A stretch of 64,000 nt of DNA. It comes from a virus. Taxonomy: Duplodnaviria > Caudoviricetes. Shown piece after piece: positions 19,801 to 28,325 of the stretch. Location: the IMG/VR virus record IMGVR_UViG_3300037400_003376, positions 130 to 64,129 of that record. One strand, written 5' to 3'. The notes beneath the pieces were generated by a model. It ran no database searches, was not told the origin of the DNA, and was given only the letters and a program-made list of their open reading frames with translations. Position 1 is the first letter of the stretch. Each line of letters begins with the position of its first letter. Position numbers and translations under genes: made by a program.

Positions 19801-21567
19801 TCAAACATATACCAGTTCAGGATAATATCTAAACTATTAGATGCTTTCGAACACAAATTTGATGCCAGTAGTCCTATTATAGGTTTAATTGCTGCTAACT
19901 CTAAAATTAATTATGACAGAATAATAAATAGTTTTACTGGAAAAGATGATATAACCTACTTTCATGTGTATGATAAAAGAGAGGTATATAATGTTCAATT
20001 AGATGAGGAAAACGAGCCAACATATTCCGAATTATCAGGAATTGATTGGGGTTACGATCCGTTTAAGACGGGAAGTGATGACGATACTTCACTTATGCAA
20101 AACCAAATCGCTGGACATTTCCTTGAAATTGGTTGTACGTTCTCATTGTCAAATATTAAATCATGTGTTAATTTGCAAAGAGTTTGTGAAATTGGTGGGG
20201 AAATAAGTCAATCACATTATTATTATGATGGTAAAAATCATATATGGAATTTGTTGGATCCAACTGGAATTATAGCGAAACGAGAAGTAATTGATGCTGG
20301 AATAAGGAGTTCATTTGCTACCTTAAACAGTAAAAATCTCGGAACAATGTTAGATCCTAAAAACGGGTATAAGAAATATGAGTTTATTTCATATAGTCCA
20401 GTTTCATTTATGGGCGATTTAATGAATAGGAATGAGATCAGCAACTTAGTTGGTATAAGCGGAAAAAGATACCAAAATTATGGTTTAGTAGAAAATCAAT
20501 CATTATCATATAGGGCATTCAGGTTTAATACAACTAGCGAAACAGTAGATAACAAATATTTAATTAAAGAAGGTAATGGTTCTGAAAGTGTATACTATAT
20601 GCCTCAATATGAAAACAGTTTCTATTTCTATTTTGGCTTAAGAGATGGAAATACAGCAATTGACAGACTGTATAGTGAATATTATGCTCCGTGTGATGTT
20701 GATACGGATACGCCAGAAGTATTATTTACTGTAAGTGGGACGTATGGGGAAGGATTTGATTTGCATTATATTACGCAAAACATGGCTAGAATTAAAAGTG
20801 TAACAGTTAAATACAGCGACAGCGGTATAAAACTAAAACGCGACGAAGGGTATACTTGGGATAAGAAGAAGAGCATTATAAACGTACCATATACTGGAAA
20901 ATACATAATAAGATTAAAAGACACTAGTAACCAGGTAGTAAAATCAATTGTGGTATGTACGGAAAATGATTATAAAGATGATTATGATATTACATTCAGT
21001 TGTATCTATTTTGCTCATGATCCAACTTATAGTATATCTTATTTAATAAATCCAATATTTAAGGTTAATAAGATATATGTTAACGGTGAAAGTGTTGAAT
21101 TTATATTCAATGAACAAGAAGGAAATGGAATTTTCACAATAACGAATACTGGCATGAATGAAATTGTATTCGAAAACCAAAATAATGAACGCTTGGTAAG
21201 ATATTTTAATACCGATTTTGATGTAACTATAAATAATGTTTCATATAATGGTACTTATTGTACTGTAAGTTATGAATCAACGTGGGCAGACCTTTCATTG
21301 GTTGAGTCCGAGGCTGTTTATGATGAAAATGGGAGATCTATGGGCGGATATACCGAATATGGTTTAGCAAAATCAGCGGTATATGACATTGATCTAGTGG
21401 GTAAAAAGTTCAAAATATGGAATGGATATAATTATAATGGTAATAATGATATCACTGTTTATTTCAAAAATCAGGATAATAAAATTACTGTTGTTGCCTC
21501 AGTTGAAACAAATCCAACATTTGAATTACCAGCAGAATGGTATCCATGTAGAGATTTAAATGAATAA
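16837..21567 (+). CDS. Large virion structural protein (baseplate/tail region, 1576 aa)
   Basis: Position in the baseplate operon; N-terminal beta-sandwich-like segment (GCVVGRVLANGGVGVPNVKIS); internal hydrophobic plus Cys-rich segment. Confidence 0.7.
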   Translation: MSENNKSYRIRTNVGSEYNGEIRFDVNLLQDYDEFEILSLKIGTENLYKYHTSKYGCVVGRVLANGGVGVPNVKISSFIPVEDIDTADPVFSFLYPYTSTRDKNRDNIRYNLLTDTKIDDCHQPIGTFPTKRLVLDDNNVIEIYDKYYKFTTTTNGSGDYMLFGLPVGNNIIHSDLDLSDIGILSQKPRDLFYKGYTAKQFENASQFKKDTNLDNLTQVMSQDSSVYVFPFWGDEKENEGQIKIVRNDIDVNYKFEPTCIFIGCIVSDEKSNAISKNCIPHERMGKMDRLTTGAGTIEMIRKTMSGDIESITIQGNNLIDGNGTWCYQIPMNLDYVATDEYGNLVPTDNYDKGLPTRTSVRFRVSLADYESDYENAHLVKVLVPNNPDIQTKEDSTKFIDYDYEFGSATQDESFRDMLWNNVYTVKSYIPRFQKGNRQRNKNFTGFKAVNVNGANNPIPYNNMRINLTFLFVFQCLIFKSLILIVKTLNKIIYALNELNCNGDCCGCGFTCTGDEGLVYLTLDGGMCPTLDGNFIAPGAVNINSYHIIEHTYKNVYGESYKLNANISDTTFNRNKEGVDSGTALPNDNKSADGKNSDLIPDPITGIINKSYTPDDVLINQSGDTSEQMKIFNKEDYFIKCVELQFAMEYEVIQFDFYNDWINGMIYIPRWFAEIRKNKDNAYYCGDTFRRNRLLTQQCAIGYDNKTNIQENYAFGCRNKEKQKCHKRWGRRQIPVFGRNRGIVTAQKNSRGQYAYYLRPSELFQRGDYAFVKANLFSTDIVLLGSVLDCNQYGIPNVNGYTSSSYRMPPPTAEIVSDTQEMILDVDNLTYNDVKKFALNEAISIANSSIMIYIGEILNKKYTIEQCDYNTEGRGTYYLETGYSAIPPIPVSCNQKKEEDVSILRNIVNKYYNSDEEITINNLLNKQIDGNGIIEFINKKSATPLGLDVYNTFKIDNIDIEELNYSGLSEIVETQLKMAYALIHRKIKGSNIYQFRIISKLLDAFEHKFDASSPIIGLIAANSKINYDRIINSFTGKDDITYFHVYDKREVYNVQLDEENEPTYSELSGIDWGYDPFKTGSDDDTSLMQNQIAGHFLEIGCTFSLSNIKSCVNLQRVCEIGGEISQSHYYYDGKNHIWNLLDPTGIIAKREVIDAGIRSSFATLNSKNLGTMLDPKNGYKKYEFISYSPVSFMGDLMNRNEISNLVGISGKRYQNYGLVENQSLSYRAFRFNTTSETVDNKYLIKEGNGSESVYYMPQYENSFYFYFGLRDGNTAIDRLYSEYYAPCDVDTDTPEVLFTVSGTYGEGFDLHYITQNMARIKSVTVKYSDSGIKLKRDEGYTWDKKKSIINVPYTGKYIIRLKDTSNQVVKSIVVCTENDYKDDYDITFSCIYFAHDPTYSISYLINPIFKVNKIYVNGESVEFIFNEQEGNGIFTITNTGMNEIVFENQNNERLVRYFNTDFDVTINNVSYNGTYCTVSYESTWADLSLVESEAVYDENGRSMGGYTEYGLAKSAVYDIDLVGKKFKIWNGYNYNGNNDITVYFKNQDNKITVVASVETNPTFELPAEWYPCRDLNE

Positions 21568-21573
21568 TATACG

Positions 21574-24270
21574 ATGGAAGATACTAAAAAAATATTATTA
21601 AACTCAAGTAACAGTAAAATGTCTGTTAATGGAGATATTTCATTAAACATTGACTTGAGTAGTGACGAGAAAAAATTCCCGCCAAATGGCATTAATGCTA
21701 ATATCGACCAATACCGACAATATATAAGAGAAAAAGATGCGTCGAATAAATATCGTTTTGTTTTCACAATCAATTCGATATGTAGTAACGTATTATACAA
21801 TCATGTAACTGAAATAACCGAAAAAACGAAAGAAGGAAATATTAAATTTTATGGGTCAGAAGGTGTTGAAGTTAAAAAAAATTACAATAAGTACGTACAA
21901 TATAAGTATGATTCCGACAAAACATTAAATAGGGCTGATTTAATTAAGGATACTGGTTATAGTCATGAGAAATGCGGCAATTTCACATATATGCCTGGTA
22001 TTGATATTTTTAATAACCATAGATTTAGAAACAAGGAATTTGTTATAGTTGCGGATAAGGGAAATATCAACAAATGTGTAGATTATAATACAATATCCGA
22101 TACACTTAGGGAATATAATGGAACCGTATTACAAACAATTGCAACTATTAACGAATCAGATACTCATTTATATTACAAAGATACCTTAAAGACATATATA
22201 GAATCAATAAGAGATAATTTAATAGAAAAAGATGGATGGTTTGGATTTATTAACACTGCTGGTATTGATATTAACAATTGTAAACTTAATAACGACGACA
22301 TCATAAACATCAATAAAGTTATTAACAATAAAAAAGCGTGTGATTTTATTGATTTGTATCCAGATAGAACATTATTCTCATTTATACCGAATAAAAACAA
22401 AAGTTTAAATAGAGAAGAACGAAACTGGGATTACTGTATAACATACCCTTATAAGAATTTTTATTTGAACAAATTAATTTCATTATTAGATGATTCTGGT
22501 GAAAATGCAATATTAAACGGCATGTTAGCCGAGTTTTGCGATTCAAACGGTAATAAATTACCAGATGAGGAATTGGGAAGTCTATTGAATATAAATTTTA
22601 GAGAGGAGTCTTCCGATGTAATGCTATGTACAAAAATAAAAAACAATATAAAGAGTGGAGATTACATAAGGTTGCATCTTGTTATCAATAGCCAAGTTTA
22701 TTTCACAATAAGAACGAATGTAAAGGTTAGAAACGTTGGAATTGAGGGATATAACAATATGTACTATTTTACTCTAAACAAGAGTGATATTTTATCTGGA
22801 ATAAGGAGCATTTCATTACAAAATGGCGGTGAATTGAATGGTTTACATTGTTATGTTCAAAGAATTGTTAACGGAAGGCCGTGCAAGTACTACTTCAGAA
22901 AATTTAGAAGAATTCCTAATTTTAAAAATACTGATATATATAATGACAGTAAATTATCAAATGATGCAATTAAAAAAGTCGTGTTTAATGATTTTGACTC
23001 ATCAATAAACAAATTAGGGTTCGGAACCAACATATATGGAGACAGAATGGCACAGATAGTATATACAGATGATATTGATACTAGTAACATATATGATAAT
23101 TTAGGAAGAGAATTACATGAACTATATTTAACACTTATAAAAACAAATAGGGGTAATAAATTATGGTATAACGATAAGAATTATTCCAGCAAAGAAATAG
23201 AATGTTCACATTGTTTTAGTGATATAACTTCAGGTATAGACATGCCATGGCCTTATGATGGAGATGAAGACGACTATAACGTACATAAAATACATAACAT
23301 ATCATCTGGATTTACAGGAAACCCAAAAATTCAAAAATCAGTAGAACCGCTAGAAAGGCATATTACTTTGAGTGGTTCATCAAAGGATGAAGAAAATTAT
23401 GACGGCACATTCTTTGGTGACATTGTTGAATTGGATGAATTAAATGTAGAAGAATACGTTTTAGAGGACGTACAGCATAGATTCAATACGATGCAAAGGG
23501 AATATACAAATGACGGTGAGTTCAGCGCTATAACTATAAATGAAATTATAACGGATGATTATGACGGTGCATTTAGTGCGTCGACAGAAAACTATTTAGA
23601 CGACTATTTCATAAATCTAGCACCAGAGGGTTATTATTATAAAGCGCATTACAGAATACCAATTAGGGAATTTTCAAGTACGGTGAATGAGGGCCAACAT
23701 ACGATTGTTAAATTCGACGAAATCAATACGATTTCATCATCAGTTGCCGTTAGTACAATAACTGGAGTGACTGATAAAAACTATTATTTCCAAAAAGGAG
23801 ATGAAATCAATATTTATGATAAAGATAAAAAGAAACATATTGGTGTAATAACGGATGTATCTGGAATCGACTTCACTAATATAACTTTCGACATATACGA
23901 TGAGAGTATTAATATTATCGATAGTGAAAAACTTAATTTCAACTTCTTTAAGCCGAACCCAATAAAGCCTTCAACTGCTTATGATTTTGACGATGGAAGC
24001 GGGGTCTATAGATGGAGAAATATTGAAAGTTTTGAGTTTATAAGAAATGATAGCCCATTATACGACGATGTGTTTACAAACGGCGCACATTATATACACC
24101 AAAATATCAATTTCTTCCTAAGAAGACAAGACCCACATGAATTTTTTAGTTTAAATCCGATTAATAACGATGCTTTCTATTATGAGTATCAGTTACTTGA
24201 ACAATCTGGAAAAGAGAAAGATATAACACCTGCGCAACACTTTACAGAAGGAGATATACAAATATGTTAA
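21574..24270 (+). CDS. Virion structural protein (898 aa)
   Basis: Operon context only. Confidence 0.65.
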   Translation: MEDTKKILLNSSNSKMSVNGDISLNIDLSSDEKKFPPNGINANIDQYRQYIREKDASNKYRFVFTINSICSNVLYNHVTEITEKTKEGNIKFYGSEGVEVKKNYNKYVQYKYDSDKTLNRADLIKDTGYSHEKCGNFTYMPGIDIFNNHRFRNKEFVIVADKGNINKCVDYNTISDTLREYNGTVLQTIATINESDTHLYYKDTLKTYIESIRDNLIEKDGWFGFINTAGIDINNCKLNNDDIININKVINNKKACDFIDLYPDRTLFSFIPNKNKSLNREERNWDYCITYPYKNFYLNKLISLLDDSGENAILNGMLAEFCDSNGNKLPDEELGSLLNINFREESSDVMLCTKIKNNIKSGDYIRLHLVINSQVYFTIRTNVKVRNVGIEGYNNMYYFTLNKSDILSGIRSISLQNGGELNGLHCYVQRIVNGRPCKYYFRKFRRIPNFKNTDIYNDSKLSNDAIKKVVFNDFDSSINKLGFGTNIYGDRMAQIVYTDDIDTSNIYDNLGRELHELYLTLIKTNRGNKLWYNDKNYSSKEIECSHCFSDITSGIDMPWPYDGDEDDYNVHKIHNISSGFTGNPKIQKSVEPLERHITLSGSSKDEENYDGTFFGDIVELDELNVEEYVLEDVQHRFNTMQREYTNDGEFSAITINEIITDDYDGAFSASTENYLDDYFINLAPEGYYYKAHYRIPIREFSSTVNEGQHTIVKFDEINTISSSVAVSTITGVTDKNYYFQKGDEINIYDKDKKKHIGVITDVSGIDFTNITFDIYDESINIIDSEKLNFNFFKPNPIKPSTAYDFDDGSGVYRWRNIESFEFIRNDSPLYDDVFTNGAHYIHQNINFFLRRQDPHEFFSLNPINNDAFYYEYQLLEQSGKEKDITPAQHFTEGDIQIC

Positions 24271-27200
24271 CGATAAAGACAAATGCAAATAATTGTAAAT
24301 TAACTTACACTCCGTTAAACGTCAGTTCAATAAGTACTGGCGAGACAGTTAATGATGATATTACTATTATTACAGGTGGAGGTCATAATTTAAGAGAAAA
24401 TGATGAAGTTGTTTTTATTCGCCAAGATGGTGAATCTATCTCATATTTAACTCGCGCAGAAGTTAAAGATGTTGCTGACAAAAAGACATTTACAGTTAAT
24501 GGCTTCGACAAATATTTAATTGAAGTTAACGGTTACAAGCAGTCTTTTATTAGATATTCTCAAATGATTTCAAAAATAGAAACAAGCCAAGACATACCAA
24601 TACATTTTGACACGGTGCTATATTTAAACGCAGATCCATATTTAGTTGAAATAACAGGTGAAACAATAGATAGCAGTATTATAAGAGAATACGGTAGTTC
24701 CTTAATTTCGGTTGAAATTGGAACAGATATTGAAACTATAGAAGACTCCATATTTATTGGTTGTTATAATTTAACTTCAGTAACTATTCCAAATAGTGTT
24801 ACAAGTATAGGTGATTACGCTTTCTACGGATGTTCGCAATTAAAAAATATCTATATTGGTGATGGAATAAAATATATTGGAAAACAGGCGTTTTACCTTA
24901 TCAACGAAGATGCGGAGATCTATATCACAGCAAAAGAGCCACCAGTTTTAGGTGACTCATATACATTTCGAACAACGCTGCAAATTGGAGGAGATTTTAC
25001 ACCCCCAAAATTCTTCGTTCCTATTGATGTTCTTAATATATATAAGGGAATTTATATGATGCCAAGTAGTCTTGATACACTTAATAGTGGTATCCCAGAA
25101 AGTTATATATGTCTGAATACAGATGAACATATTTTTGTCACGAATAAGGATGAAATAAATGTTAAAAGAAGATATTTATGGGATACAAAGGATGAAGAAT
25201 TTAAATATGATGGTGCTTTAGTAGTTTGTGATGATGATTATTTTACTTTTGATGATTTATTTTTAATTCAAAGTTTTGGTAGTGGTAATACATCTTGTCA
25301 AAATAACAAATTGAATATTACTGCAACAACTGTTGGTTATGAGCCAATTTTATTGACAAACTGTTTAATTGGCGTTGATTTTAACGGAAATGATGATAAA
25401 TATCATATTTATATACCATATGACGAAAATATTGAATTTGCTAGTAAATTAGAAGATAATCTTTCAAATACTACTTTTACAAGCGACGACATTCGATTCT
25501 TATATGATGGAAACAATGAAATGGTATTTGGAAATGAAGAAAAGCCAGGATCTTATGTTAGTAAGGTATGTGGAGATATTGAGGTTGATTTTAATATCGG
25601 CAGTAATTTTGAAGTAAATTTACATAATGAAGAACAAACTTCTAATTATATTGAAAAAATCAAAAAAAACAACATAAACAAAATTATTGATTATGAACGT
25701 TACCAATATACTCCGATGTATTATGACGGTAAGATTCCAGAAGAATATAATGGTGTCACTATTGATGCTGATGAATATTTGAAAGAAAATTCAGATAAAA
25801 TTGACGATAAATTAAAACGAGTTAATGAAATAAAATTTCGTTTATATTTCAGAAAGAAGGATTTCACCCTATATGATGAAGATGGTAGTATCATAGCAGA
25901 AACTGGTGATACAAACGCAACAGATTACGTTGATTTCGGAACATGGCAAACTGATGACACTGGGTATTGGAATAACTATGATTTAAGAAGTGATGGCAAA
26001 TGTTTAGTAGATGTATATAAGGGATATAATATTTATGGAGATTTGTTAGGTAATTTAGGCTTCACGGATGATGATGTATATTTTCAAAAAGATGCATTCA
26101 AAAAATCATTTTTGAGATTATCGTTTTATGATAGTCCAAATAGGGAAACTCAAAAATTGTTATATTATTCGACAATTTATTTCGATACAAATGTGTTTAG
26201 CAGTAATTACATAAAAGGTTTAAATGCGTGGAGAGAAGACGAAACATATACCCCAAGATATAATCAATTAGTATTTGCATATGACATAGCAGATAAATTC
26301 AAGAAGAAGGGCGCGTCCGTATTAACGGCAGAAATGTCTTGTTCAGATAAGTATGACGATAGTCGTAGTAGTGACGGATTTTATTTACATTTATTCGATA
26401 AGTTAGTTAGTGGAAATACGTGTACGCCTATTTATATGAAAGCCGAATTTAATAATGCTAAATTCGGTAAAACGGTACCAATGATTCGCCCTATATTCGG
26501 GAGGACAAACAGAAGAATACCACCAACAAATTCATCATTCCCTAGAGAGTATATGAGGGGGAAGAAAAATGATGCTGGAGATGTATATAACTGGGTTGAT
26601 ATGAATATGTTGTTACAAGATATGTATACCAAGTTATATATAAAATATGATTTCAACACACAACAATTCGTATGGTTTGTTCCACAAAGTGTAGACACTA
26701 ATATAAATGAGACATTGACGTTTGAGTTTTTTGAACCAAGAGTCAAGGGTTATGATTTTGGTTCCTATGATATATTACATGGTAATGATGTCGGATATGG
26801 GACAACGGATGGTAAGCCAGATTGGTTCCACAGCGAATTTAATACCAACTATGAATGGATTACAGAATCTGGCCAAACAGAGAGTGAGTGGGCTTCAGAG
26901 TTCGATGGATGTTGTCTAATGACTACAGCCGTAACTATAGAAGGCGAAAATATATTAGATGGAACAAAATTATTCAATAATAGTTCAATAAGTAAAATAG
27001 ATAGAATTTGGATAGATGGAATGATGATCAATCCAGACGCAGAGACTGGAGTTTATGAAACAACACATTTCCAATTGCCAGATATTTCATTTACTGGGAA
27101 GACGACTACTGATGAATATTTTTTATGGACCGCAACAACAACACAGGAAATGTGGTCTGATGTATATGAAGATTGGTTTATAAATCCGAATATTACTCCT

Positions 27201-28097
27201 AAAAAAATACATAGTGTTAATTATTATTTTAAGACAAATAAGAAAGACCAAGTTAGTTTGATAGATGAATTGTATTTGGGCATAAACAATAATAAAAAGA
27301 CAAAGGAAATAACTGATACATTATGGACCGATCTAAAAAGTAGTATTCCATCGCAGCCGTCCGAAACATTACCGAGCGGAATGTTTAGTGAAATACAAAG
27401 TCTAAGATGTGTTAATATCGTTAAGCATGGAAATAAAAATTTCACAACTATAGGAAATGGTGCATTTGGTAACTGTCAAAATCTTATAAAAATCAATATC
27501 GATAATAGTGCGGCCGATATTATAGGTAAAAACTGCTTTGCTGGATGCAGATCAGTAAAGACTGCTGATTTGGAGAATACTAAAATTATTTTAAGAGAAG
27601 CATTCCAAGGATGTTATACATTATCAAATGTTACTTTTAGTAATGGGTTAAAATATATAGGATGTGGTGCATTTGGAAATACAAGAGTTAGAAATATTCA
27701 ATTGCCGAACAGTATTTTAAGAATAGGTAATAGTGCATTTAGAAGATGCTACCAATTAAGTTCATTTAATATAACTGGAACTAACTCGGTATTAACTATA
27801 GGAAAGCGTATTTTCGCTGAATGCGCAATACTAAAATATAATTTAGTAAGACAGATAAAAAGTAGATACAATTATTATGGCGGTACGCCAGATATTATAC
27901 AATATTTCCTGAATAATGGGAATACAATAGTTTTTTATGACGCACGCAGTAATAAATATGTAACACTTTCTCTCGCCCCAGATAAAGATAGAGGTAAAAT
28001 AATGTATCATTATAGACATATTAATTATTACCAATATATAAACAGAGAACAATTAGGGGTGTTAAATTTCGAAGACTGGTACAATTATTTGTTCTAA
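24264..28097 (+). CDS. Structural protein with two BspA-type (LRR_5) leucine-rich-repeat blocks
   Basis: LTSVTIPNSVTSIGDYAFYGC at about 24700-24955 and IGxxAFxxC repeats at about 27370-27840. Confidence 0.75.
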   Translation: MLTIKTNANNCKLTYTPLNVSSISTGETVNDDITIITGGGHNLRENDEVVFIRQDGESISYLTRAEVKDVADKKTFTVNGFDKYLIEVNGYKQSFIRYSQMISKIETSQDIPIHFDTVLYLNADPYLVEITGETIDSSIIREYGSSLISVEIGTDIETIEDSIFIGCYNLTSVTIPNSVTSIGDYAFYGCSQLKNIYIGDGIKYIGKQAFYLINEDAEIYITAKEPPVLGDSYTFRTTLQIGGDFTPPKFFVPIDVLNIYKGIYMMPSSLDTLNSGIPESYICLNTDEHIFVTNKDEINVKRRYLWDTKDEEFKYDGALVVCDDDYFTFDDLFLIQSFGSGNTSCQNNKLNITATTVGYEPILLTNCLIGVDFNGNDDKYHIYIPYDENIEFASKLEDNLSNTTFTSDDIRFLYDGNNEMVFGNEEKPGSYVSKVCGDIEVDFNIGSNFEVNLHNEEQTSNYIEKIKKNNINKIIDYERYQYTPMYYDGKIPEEYNGVTIDADEYLKENSDKIDDKLKRVNEIKFRLYFRKKDFTLYDEDGSIIAETGDTNATDYVDFGTWQTDDTGYWNNYDLRSDGKCLVDVYKGYNIYGDLLGNLGFTDDDVYFQKDAFKKSFLRLSFYDSPNRETQKLLYYSTIYFDTNVFSSNYIKGLNAWREDETYTPRYNQLVFAYDIADKFKKKGASVLTAEMSCSDKYDDSRSSDGFYLHLFDKLVSGNTCTPIYMKAEFNNAKFGKTVPMIRPIFGRTNRRIPPTNSSFPREYMRGKKNDAGDVYNWVDMNMLLQDMYTKLYIKYDFNTQQFVWFVPQSVDTNINETLTFEFFEPRVKGYDFGSYDILHGNDVGYGTTDGKPDWFHSEFNTNYEWITESGQTESEWASEFDGCCLMTTAVTIEGENILDGTKLFNNSSISKIDRIWIDGMMINPDAETGVYETTHFQLPDISFTGKTTTDEYFLWTATTTQEMWSDVYEDWFINPNITPKKIHSVNYYFKTNKKDQVSLIDELYLGINNNKKTKEITDTLWTDLKSSIPSQPSETLPSGMFSEIQSLRCVNIVKHGNKNFTTIGNGAFGNCQNLIKINIDNSAADIIGKNCFAGCRSVKTADLENTKIILREAFQGCYTLSNVTFSNGLKYIGCGAFGNTRVRNIQLPNSILRIGNSAFRRCYQLSSFNITGTNSVLTIGKRIFAECAILKYNLVRQIKSRYNYYGGTPDIIQYFLNNGNTIVFYDARSNKYVTLSLAPDKDRGKIMYHYRHINYYQYINREQLGVLNFEDWYNYLF

Positions 28098-28101
28098 AAG
28101 A

Positions 28102-28131
28102 AAAAATCTCACTAATTTTAGTGAGATTTTT
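28102..28131 (+). terminator. Rho-independent terminator
   Basis: AAAAATCTCACTA / TAGTGAGATTTTT perfect stem. Confidence 0.85.
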
Positions 28132-28175
28132 ATATAAATATTGAATTAAAACATGATATTTTTATATTTATATAT

Positions 28176-28304
28176 GGGTGACGAGAGATATACCCCACGT
28201 GCGTCCCTGATGCAACGACGGAAATGTCAATGAGTGGAATGATCTACTGGTTGAAAGAAGGCTAGATAGTGTATGATTCGGCCTAGCGCAATTCCTCGTC
28301 ACCC
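28176..28304 (+). ncRNA. Candidate structured non-coding RNA (129 nt), family unknown
   Basis: GC-rich island in an AT-rich gap; 10-bp terminal stem GGGTGACGAG/CTCGTCACCC; internal hairpins; TATTTATA 3 nt upstream and GTTTTT downstream. Confidence 0.65.
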
Positions 28305-28325
28305 GTTTTTAATATTACATGGAAT

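Noticed and set aside
28176-28304. tRNA, tmRNA, hammerhead, SAM-I or TPP riboswitch
   Set aside because: There is a 7-bp acceptor-like stem but no T-arm or anticodon arm and no CUGAUGA core. Fragments resembling SAM-I (CCCUGAUG, GCAAUUCC) or TPP (GAGA..AUACCC, CCUGAU) lack the remaining conserved cores.
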